A DNA stretch of 64,000 nt from the human T2T-CHM13v2.0 reference genome, Homo sapiens. Each line of letters begins with the position of its first letter. The stretch's first letter is position 1. Where the stretch lies: NCBI RefSeq assembly GCF_009914755.1, contig NC_060942.1; one strand, written 5' to 3'. Both the position numbers and the translations under genes were made by a program. The notes under the pieces are model-generated. The model had not been told where the DNA came from and made no database searches. It saw only the letters and a list, made by a program, of their open reading frames with translations. Shown in pieces: positions 53,536 to 64,000 of the stretch.

Positions 53536-56500
53536 CCCAGTGCTGAAAGATGTAATTATGAATAGTAGGAAGTGCAGTTGCAAAATGACATGTATGTTGC
53601 TTAAAGTATATTTGTAAAAACTTGTATTGTTAACAGTTTAATACTATCTCTAAATTTTGAACTGTTATAAAAATGAATAACTGCATGTTATTACAAGATA
53701 ATCATTTGATTTGGTAAGAACATTTTTATATTAATACACCTTTTCAGAAAATCATGATTCAATTTTTTTCCAGTGAAATTTCACACAGTTCAACAATGAT
53801 TAATATTTATTCCTAGATATTAATTTTTAGGACCTTTCATCTATGAGAAATATTTGAGTAATATTCTTGTCTAGAAATTTAAATTTTATTTCCAATTATT
53901 GTGGAATTGTGACAGTAAACAAAGTATCAAAAAATGCATAGAAATAAAATCACATCTTTTCATAAAAATAATTTTGGTTCACATTTTCTATTTTAGATTC
54001 TACAAATTTTATATACTTTAGCAATATTATTTTTTAAACTTTATATCATCATATTAAAGATACGACATTTTTGCTGAGCTTTGTCTTTTTAATTTCGTTC
54101 TCATGAAGAATGTGTACATAAACTATGCAACAATTTAGAGTAAATATTAGGTGTTTTCCTTTGCCTTCTTGTAGCTCAAATACTCTGACAATAATATACA
54201 TCCCAATTATAAATTGAACTATATTATTCATCAATTTTGAAAATCTCTCTGAAACACAGAATAAAATGATTAGGCTAGAAAATTAAGGATTTATAGAGTG
54301 CCCTCTGCTGCATAAATTTAGACATACAATGTCCTTAATGCTGGCAGAGACACAAAAGTTTATGATGGGGCTATCTAAATACTAAAAAAAAATTTAAGTA
54401 TCCCATTGTCATTAAATAATTTTTAATGAATTGCTTGTTTTCTCACTCCCCTAACCAAATGGTAACCTTTTACATAATAAAAATGCATACTTTTCTTTTA
54501 GGAAACAAATACATATCAGATATTTTCTTTATGATGTATATTTAAGGAGGTAACTATTACTTTCTTTGAAAATTTTTGAATTTGAATTTATTTTGAGTTT
54601 CTAACTTATCATTTGATTCATTAAAGTATAATATCAAAAGCAGACATTTGATTTCTCAACATGTATGATTTTAACTCTAGGTATTTTTCAAGTATGTTTC
54701 CATTCTATTATAAATAAAATAATTCTCAAAATTAATTTTAAGGAGGAACATAAATATATGCTTCATTACACAAATGCAGTTAATTAAAATCTTTTATAAA
54801 AATATTTTATTAATTTAACATATGCCATTTGCTTTTTCAGTTTTTCAGTTACTGACAAGACATTCCCACATCCTACACAAGAAAATCTAAAAAATTAAAA
54901 TTATAAATATGGTGATTCTTATCTTAAACATTCCAATGAAGTTACAAACTTAGTACAATTTTATTATAATTTTCAATGTAAATTCACAGGTCTAAGTCAA
55001 TACTCAATATCTTTTAAATATTCTATTTTATCACCCAAAACTTAAAATGCACTCAAATGTTAGATATGCAATATATTTCACCATATGATGATTTGTACAT
55101 ATACTTTCTAAATCTAACACAAAATACTAATACTTACTGATTTATTATTTCTCTATTTAATTATTTTCCTCTCATCATCTCAAACGCAAGTAGTAAAACA
55201 AAAATTATATCATTATAAGCAACTTGGGTGTCCTCAGCTGGCTAGGTTTACTTTTCTATCTGAAATTGTGACCGCTGTGGTTAATCTGGATTATAAACAT
55301 TCATATTCAGTGTTCAGAGGACCTAAACTTTCAAGTTGAGTCTCTTTGTTTGTTAATTTTGTTTAATATATTTGCTATGTTAATAAGGGATTCCGGATCA
55401 GAGTCCTATAAGTGGTGCTTTGCACCATTTTTTTGCAACCTATGTCTTTTGAGGTTAAGCTAAGCTCTAACTAATTCTTTTATATCCTCTTTCAATTTTG
55501 TGGCTTGATTTATGTAAATATAATTATATAACTTTTTAATAGGCTGCTTCTCCATTTGATTGAATTAAACTAATATATTTACAGCCTAACACTACTTTGA
55601 ATTATCATAGTATTGTTACCAGGAAGAATCATTTTTCTTATAAATATGTAAATGACATTCAATATTGATTCTGCATGCATTTTCTAGCTCTGTGAATATG
55701 TTTCTAAGATCTTTCTAGTGACATTTAATATCACTGAAATAGATCCGTATATTAGTTAATTATGAATACAGTAAGTATGTAACTAACAATCACAAAATCT
55801 CAGTGTCATATAACAATCAAAGTGTATTTACCTGGAGCTCAAACATATAAGTTGTTTTCAAATTTTTGTTTCTGTCATCTCTGCTAATATCTCATTGTCA
55901 AATCCTAGAATTGAGGAATGAGGAAAACAACTCTGTCCGTGGAAATGGAGGAATATCAATGAGTATTTTTGAATAGTAATCAAATCTACCTTACAGATAA
56001 GAACAGGCCAGCTTCAAAGGTCAATATATGTTCATTACAACCAGAAATAAAACAATTATCAATGACTCAGACATTGTGGGCAAAACAAACAAACAAAAAT
56101 CCAGTGGTTGGTGTATTAAAGGACTAAGTTTTTATCCTAGTTCTGTTGCTAGTTCTACAAATAGAGAAATTAATTTCAGTCCTTTAGAATAATTTAAATA
56201 AGGATCCCAGTGAAATTTCTTTATTACAATCAAATTTGAAATATTTAAAATTATTTTTAGATCCCCAGTAAATGACTATTTTTTAAGATTGTTAGGTGGC
56301 TTGTTGGAATTCTGGGTCATTTCAAATGATTTTTTTCATTCACATAATAGCCACAATATGAAGATGGATAGAATTCCATGTTAAAATTAGAAACATATAT
56401 ATCCTCCTATGTAAGAGAATATTATGAGTGAAAGGAATTGAGAGGCAAGCATGAAATACACAGAAGAAAGCAAGCAGAATGTCAATACTGGCAAAGCCAA

Positions 56501-56725
56501 ATTAAATATATGTAATCTACTGTAAAGTTAATTGTCAGAATAATAAACTAAAATACTTTTATTCAATATTTATAATTTTTAATGAGTTGCAAAATGTTTT
56601 CTCTCATTAAGATGATCAGTTACAAATATCAAAAATTAGGAAAATGGCTATAAAATTGAATGCATCCTTGAAAGTATTTTAAAATTGAAGCCGACTTTTT
56701 TTCTTTTAATTCTTAAATTATTTAG

Positions 56726-56834
56726 AATGCGCACAGCTTTGGAAAAAGAAATAGAGAGACTGGAGTCGGCTTTGTCTCTGTGGAAGTGGAGGTATGAAGA
56801 ACTGAAAGAATCAAAGCCAAAAAATGTGAAAGAG
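56726..56834 (+). CDS. CCDC102B: CCDC102B third coding exon (109 nt, phase 2 to 0; to aa 312)
   Basis: Acceptor ttatttag| and donor GAG|GTATGG. It reads (E)MRTALEKEIERLESALSLWKWRYEELKESKPKNVKE, a coiled coil in matching phase. It is absent from the ORF track. Confidence 0.93.
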
Positions 56835-59800
56835 GTATGGGGGAATATGATGTAAAGGAAGAAATGAAGCCTAGCTTTTTCTTTCTTTGGATATGTAAGC
56901 ATGTGGGCAGAAAGGCACAACAGATAAGAGGAAGGGAGGTTAAAAATTGGAATTTCCTCTATGAGAGTAATACTTGAAATCACTTGTCAATAGTGGGCTT
57001 GGTCAAATTCAGACTCTATGACATCTTGTTTTTATTTACACATTTGTGTCAGTTTTATATTGGTCATTATTTATTTTCAAAAATCTTATTCTATATATTT
57101 AAGATATAAAAATGATGTTTTGATATCCATATTGATAGTTAAATGGTTAATGATGAGCTACATGACACAATTAATACCCATTCTAGGCACATTAGAGGGG
57201 ATGGTTAAAGATATCCTCTGATAGCACACCATCTATCATAAATGACTTTATCTTATTCTTTCATGAAGCAGCCTGATAATATCAATTTATCTCAGGCATA
57301 TTGAGGTTCTTTTCATATCGACATTGTAGTTATTTGGGATCAGCCACTTGCCAGGGTACTTTTCTTTTGCATTTTCATCAATAAAATGCCATCATGAACG
57401 TTTCCCATTTCGATGATTTATTACCATTTATTATTTGAGTAATATTTTACATGTTATGTGTATTAAAGCATGGTATTACATAAGTGTGTGGGAAAGAATA
57501 ATGAGTAAAGAAAAGAAAAATAATGGGCAAAATAATGACTATTTTTACATGAGTTAACATTTAGTGGGTGTGTGTGCAATATAAGTATAAGGTATGCACA
57601 TGTATACGTCTGTGCACAAACATACATGGATATACGGATCCATAGTATTTCTATGCACAGGAACCTCGCTGGGTATGAAGTTCACAATACATTGATGTAT
57701 AGTGGAAAAATAGTTCATGACACAAAAACACATTATGTTTAGAATGTGTGTTTATGTGCTCTATAATATAATGGGTTCGAATTTTGACTGAAAAAGCTAA
57801 TATTTAAGATGCAATTAGTGTAAAATTTAAGTAAAAAAAAGAATGCATTTACTACCTCTTGCCACTAGTGTGCAGCACAGACTTGATAATCTTCCTCTTA
57901 GTTTCATAAACCTTTATTTGAGTAACATTTATGTAGCAAATATACTGAAAAAGTCAAGTTTTTGAGTTGGTTTAAAAAGCAATATGTGTATCTGAAAAGG
58001 TTTAATGTTTTATATTCAAATATGACTTTTGGTAGCAAAGTAAGTGAGAGAAAAAATAAAAGTATGACATTATACAGTGTAAGGTGGATCTGATGACCAT
58101 TCAGAAATATGTATTAATACATATATGATGCTTTTGGTAGATAAAATGCTGATAGGGTTTCAGAACAGGAGAAACCTCAAAATTGTGAAAAATTTGTCTT
58201 TTGAGTGCATATTTCAGTTAAATGAACCACAAAGTTGAATAATGAAGGCAGTGAATGTAAAATTTTGTAGACATTGAAAATTTATAAATATAAAGATGAA
58301 ACATTGTTTGAATTATTTATATGGAAATTTTTTTAAAATATGTCTTTTCATTCCTAACATACATTTCTGATGTTCTTATGTTTTTTTGAATAAATGTGTT
58401 ATATACATATGTTTAAATTATTTTTATAAAATAAGGTGAAATTTTTAAAAATGTTTAAAAACTAAACAAACAATACTACTTAGAATGAGTTTAATTATTT
58501 ATATATTCTTTGTTTAATCATTTCTTATAATGGGTTATAACAGACAAGAATTTTAGGCTATATTTAGAAATAGTATTGTAGCACAAGTATAAGAGTAAAA
58601 TATTCAAAGTCTCCGTACAGTTGATTGACAATCAGAAGGTGTGTCATGATTCATTCTTTAAAATTTCATGTAAATTATTCTTTCTTACTCCCTTTTTCCT
58701 CAACAATTCTGATAATGACCTTTGCATTTATCGTAGCTCATCATCTCTATGAATGTTTGAATACAAGTGTAATTTCTGTTGTAGATGCCTAAAATGTTAA
58801 AAGCAAATACATGCCTGTCTAAGAACTGCTGATGGAAAGATTAGCAATTGTTAAAGTTGGAAACAGATGTGCTTAATAGACCTAGAATTGTAAAAATGCA
58901 TTTGAAAGTCTGGTGTGCTTTTAGAGGGAAATCATTCTTCAATTACTGACACATATAGAGAAGAGAAAAGATAAGAATTTAATTGTAAAATCTAAGTGTT
59001 TAAAATACAACCAAGACAATGCATAGTAGAGGTAATTATATCCAAAATGCTGTTTCCATGCTGAATTTAATACTTACTCAGCTTTTCCTTTGCAAGTCTG
59101 TCTATATTGATTCAGAATTAAATTATGAATTCTGAGTGTGTGGAAAGGATCATTTATGAAATTTCATGGTCTAGAGGATCAAACATTCATGTAGGTAACA
59201 TTGATTACTCATAATTCTGGCACCTCATTTTAACAGTCAGTGACTCTGATTCTTTCCATAATGGAAGAGATTCTTTGCCACATGTGAGAATACTTGCTAA
59301 CATTTAAAAATTAGTCTCAAGGTAAAAAATTTTTAAAAAGTAACTTTTAATTTTCTTTGAACATTGTGAGCATTTGCTTGGAATGTTCTAATATATTTTC
59401 TTAATAAGTCATCTTTTTGTGATCATAACAATGTGCCTAGTAGCTTATAATTTATAATATTCTTTCATAAATATTTATAAATACTTTCAGAGACACAGGC
59501 ATTGTTGGGCCCCTTTATGGCTTACATTGAAGCCTTATTTTAAACACCTCAAAATACCTTTCTGATTTGGGAGAAAATAGAAAATTAGAATTACTAGTGG
59601 TATGTAGCTAAAATTCTGTACTCACACCTTATCTTTTTAAAACATATGGCATATAGGAGCTATTCTGCGTACATCAAGGCAAGGTCCTTGAAGATAGTTA
59701 TTAGAAATAGGTGTATGGTGGAATATTAGCGCAGTTCTGAGCTTACTGCTAATTTTGAAACATTGCCTCTTATTGCTATTCCTGTGGCTTAAAAAATTAT

Positions 59801-60164
59801 TCCATAGAAGTGACTATAAATATTAATGTATCTTATCGACTCTGCCTCCAAACTGGATCTCACATCATTCTTTCCATCCTTGCTACTTCCCCGGACAGGG
59901 CCACTATCATCTCCTTGCCTTTTCCTTCCAGGTCTATTTACCACCACTGTTGACCTATTAAATTCATTGTACACCACCAAGCAGCATGATATTTCTAAGA
60001 CATTACATCGGATCGTATTAGCCCATTGTTTGAAACACTTCAGTGAATTATCTGTTACTCAGTGGATAGCTGCCTTCCAAGTAATTCAGCAGTCCAAGGA
60101 AGTCCACATTCACCTGCCTAAACCATCACAGGCTGATGGTTCAGTGGATGCCCACTGACAGCAC

Positions 60165-60573
60165 GCTTTCCTACCCTAACTGCTGTAACAAGCAATACCC
60201 TAAATTCCAGTAAGTAATACCCAATAGGTGATTACTGTTGACTCACATATAGCCCTACCTGTGTTTGGAGGGCAGCCTTCTCCATCTATCCAGTGACTCT
60301 GCTGTCCTTCAGGTTCTCAGAGGTTCACTCAGCTGGACACTAGGCCATCTGATCAGAGATTAGAAAAAAGAGAGAAAGGAGGATTATGTAAGGATAATTT
60401 ATATGGGCCAGGCTTGGGAGTAGCGTACATTATTTCCACTTATAATTCACAGATGAGTACTCATTTGTATAGCAATACATAATTGCAAGGCATGTTGAGC
60501 AATGCATTTAAGCTGTATAACCCAAAAGAAAAAGAAAATTGATTTGGCAAGCATCTAACTAGTTTCTGCAGCA
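60165..60573 (-). mobile_element. MLT1J/K-like MaLR LTR
   Basis: ctaactgctgtaacaa...gggccaggcttgggagtagcgtacattatttccact...aattgcaagg...gcatctaactagtttctgc. Confidence 0.6.
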
Positions 60574-61059
60574 AGAGTCAATATGTTACATCGTATAGCC
60601 ATACTTACTAATATCATATCTTATTAATAAGTGCATTAATTAAGATATGCTTTCATTAGTGTTGATAAATATATTTTGAGGACTTTGGCTTATATTTAAG
60701 GGAAAGTGGGACTTCTAATCCAAATCTCTCATATTGAGAGTTTGGCTTACATCGGGAGAGCTGGGAAGTGGAAGGGTTTTTTTCTCCCCGCCATGGAACT
60801 CTTTCACTCTGTCCTATGTCCTTGAGAAAGACTGCAGAATGAGTGTTTCTCAAGATATATATTTCCCAAAGAAATTGGGAGAGAGGAAGGATTAGAGCTA
60901 CCTGTGATGAGTTTCGTCTTTTAAACTCATCAACCTGCCAATTCCCTCTTCCTTCTAGGTGGTTGAAGGGAAAGATACTTGGAGTCTGAAGAGTGTTACG
61001 AGAGCAGCTGACCATCCACAGGGATGGATGTTTTGAGTGGAGAAGGTTTTCTCCTTGTA

Positions 61060-61550
61060 CCATTCATCATGGCCTACATGGTTTCACTTCTGCCACACCT
61101 CTTTTGTCCTTTCTTTATCATTTCCCCCTGCCCACGCTTACCTCTAGCTACAGTGGCTTTCATTCATTTAATCAAAGGAACCAAACTTCTTCCTGCTCAA
61201 TGGCTGGGTCCATGCTGTTTTCCTTGTTGAAAATATCATACACCTCAGACCTCTTTCCCCTCCTACACCAGCCACACCTTTCGATTAACCTCAGTTTATA
61301 CATCACTTCATTAAAAAAATAGTCTCTGTCCAAAGTATGTTTCCTTTCCTAATTTTTTTCAAAGCAACACGTAATATTTTAAAAGACTTTATCAAACTGT
61401 GTGGTTATTTTTATATTTGTTTACTGTTGCCTTCCCCATTGAACTGTCAGCTTCATGAGGATATAGATCATGTCTGCTTATTCACCTCTCCGTACTCAAT
61501 GATGAATAAATATGCTTAATATTTGTGATTAATATTAAATGAATGAAGCA
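61060..61550 (+). mobile_element. L2 3' portion
   Basis: Pyrimidine-rich L2 body ending actgtcagcttcatgagg...catgtctg...aaatgaatgaa. Confidence 0.65.
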
Positions 61551-62743
61551 CTGTACTAACACTTCTCTTAATAGCTATAAATGCTTACCTTTCTAAACAG
61601 AGGCTATGGTATAGTGTAAGGTGAGTAGTTGACTTCCTGGACTTGTCTTTTATTAGTAAATGAGTCTACTGCCCTCCATCCCTAAGGATTTTAGATTTTC
61701 CAGGGTACTGGGATGAAGTCTTATCCATTATGAAAATCTGTTCAGCTTGTTCTTTGCATGACATAAATTAGCTTATCAGGCCAAAGAGTGAGGCAGATAA
61801 AACACCATAGTAGAATTCTGCAAATGAATATAAAAATGAAGCATGTGGGATACCACTTTGCTGATATAAGTACCTTCAAGACCTTTTAAACAAACATAAT
61901 TAAGAATAATATAAGCACTGAATTACATAAGTTGGAATTAATTAAACTACTAGAGGATAATTTATAGGCATTGTCAAGGTACCTCTCAGAACACTGAGAT
62001 GACTTACTTTAAGACTATTATAAGAATTATGAAATAAATGTAGGCTTTTCAGAATCTACTTGTAGTAACATGAAGAAAAAGAGAGGTTAAGTTAAGCAAC
62101 ATCATTTTAAAATTTAAAACACAATCAAAAGAAAACAGCTCATATTTAATTAGTCTAGACAGTTAATAGTTTGAGGATAATGATAAAAGTAGACTAAAAA
62201 TATATAAGGAGTGAAGTCTCTAAGTGAGTTACACAGGTAATTACCTCACACAATGGCAATGTTTTACACCGTGGGGAGCATTCATTCTATGAAATATCTT
62301 TATTTTATATTTCAGATGATGGGATAGTTTCCAGAGACTAATGTTCATAAATCCAAAGCTTCTGTTTTATTTTTTCTTATCAGAAGTCTTTACAGGGACA
62401 TTCAATTAAGACAATTCCTTAAAGACCCTCCTCTTATTAAACAGCATTAGTCATTTTACCTAGAAGACCATTCTTCGTGTTGAAAAGGAGATTGGACCAG
62501 GTCGCCTGCCTTCTTTTCTTCTCCCGGAAGGTGTGGCCACTTCCCTCTCCCCACTATGTACAGACATCAAAGGTATTGATTGTATGCACCAATCTTACTG
62601 AAAGAGCCACAACTTGACCTAAGTGTTCTTGCTGCAATGCCAGTTTCTTCCCACTCATTTTTTTTCTTCTTTTACTAGGTTTATTATTAGCAGTGAAACA
62701 ACTATGTGTGCTTCTAGTTTGTAATTTCAAATTTGAAATGAAA

Positions 62744-63090
62744 CAGTCATCCCTTGGTATCTGTGGGGGATTGTTTCCAGGATCTTCTGCAGATACCAAA
62801 ATCCACAGATGTTCAAGTCCCTTACATAAAATGGCATAGTGTTTTCATATAGCCTATGCACAGCCTCTCATATACTTACATCACATCTACATTACTTATA
62901 ATTCCTAATACACCATTTCTAGATTACGTATAATTCCTACACACCATTTCATTCATGTGGAGTCAACATAGCACTTTGGCACCTGGCAAATTCAAATTTT
63001 GCTTTTCAGAACTCATAGAATTTTTTTTTCTGAATATTTCTGATATTAGATTGATTGAATCCATGGATGCAAAACTCATGGATACGGAAG
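62744..63090 (+). mobile_element. MER2B (TcMar-Tigger MITE)
   Basis: CAGTCATCCCTTGGTATCTGTGGGGGATTG...GATACCAAAATCCACAGATG...GGCAAATTCAAATTTTGC...GAATCCATGGATGCAAAACTCATGGATACGG. Confidence 0.88.
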
Positions 63091-64000
63091 TATACACTTT
63101 ATTTAACTTACTGTTTATATTGATTATTGACTTAAAATATTTTTATATGTATTGTAGAAAAGATATTGTGCTTATAACAATACTTGATATTTGGTTGATT
63201 TATTTTTAATTTTGTTTTTGAATGAAACGATTTTTGATTATACAAAGGAGAAGAAGTGCAATTCCTCTTCTGTAGAGGTAGGTTCACAGTGAAGCTAAAA
63301 AAGTTTGAGTTTCAGGGCCCCTTTCTTACCCAGGCCTCTAACAGGACTATGACAGAAGTCCTAGCAGGATGTAAATATGATCACATGTGTTTTTGTGCAA
63401 TTTTCGTAAGATAATTGAAACACACTTGTTAATATCTCTGTCTGTTTCCACTCTGACTTTTCACCCAATATTCTTACTTCCTTCTCTGATTGACATGAAG
63501 GAAATATTTGTGATCTTGCCAAGTTGAAGTTGAGCTGAGACTACATACAGTTTGTAGATAGTGAAATATATTTTATATTTGTTTCTTATGTATTTGTAGT
63601 CAATATGAAAGTTCTCCCATTTCTGAAATGTACTTGATAATGCACCATACATTTAAATGAAAATTACATAAAATATACTTTTTTAAGAATACCTACATTT
63701 GTGGGATAGAAACTTCAAAGAGTGAATATTCCAAATAAGAAATAGACCTTTGTGTTAAATTGTGAGCTTACTTCTCTCAATTTCATTGTCAAAAAATGAT
63801 CAACTTTTGGAAAAAGTCTGGAAAAAAGACTAAATGCTATCTATGAAAAATGATATTACTATATCGCTCTCATACTAAAAGTTGATTAGAGTATATAAAG
63901 CCAAAAAGCTAGGAAAAAGTATTAGTTATTTTTAAATTATTACTAGAACTTTTATTATGTTTTCTAGATTTTTATTATGTTTTCTGTGATTTTTTAATGG

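Noticed and set aside
59789-61519. Several 60-135 aa ORFs
   Set aside because: Most overlap L2/MLT1 remnants. They show no CCDC102B-like coiled-coil sequence or convincing splice sites, and the next coding exon is not visible in the window.
63950-63985. Short tandem duplications (also near 17655-17690 and 39130-39195)
   Set aside because: Ordinary slippage products in AT-rich DNA.

Overview
Primate, very probably human, AT-rich genomic DNA. It carries the 5' half of CCDC102B (coiled-coil domain containing 102B) on the + strand: a non-coding exon ending at 8862, an intron of about 38 kb, and three coding exons (47164-47784 with ATG at 47179, 49121-49341, 56726-56834) encoding residues 1-312. 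The gene continues past the window. The rest is mostly interspersed repeats: the 5' end of a young L1PA2-like LINE-1 (- strand, 1-1266), seven Alus, older L1/L2/MIR, MaLR/ERV LTRs, DNA-transposon MITEs and microsatellites. Most ORFs in the supplied track are spurious. I found no new multi-gene system. The leads most worth checking are: (i) an L1 antisense promoter facing CCDC102B, where one deleted base removes an ORF0 splice donor and frameshifts ORF0; (ii) a candidate 51-nt exon in a MER51 LTR whose acceptor lies in a fold-back palindrome; (iii) exon phases that would make circles of exon 2 and exons 2-4 stop-free; (iv) a 59-bp templated insertion in a polypurine tract; (v) a ~64-bp micro-inversion in an MLT1 LTR. 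Repeat subfamily names come from recalled consensus sequences, not a database search, and the boundaries of old repeats are approximate.
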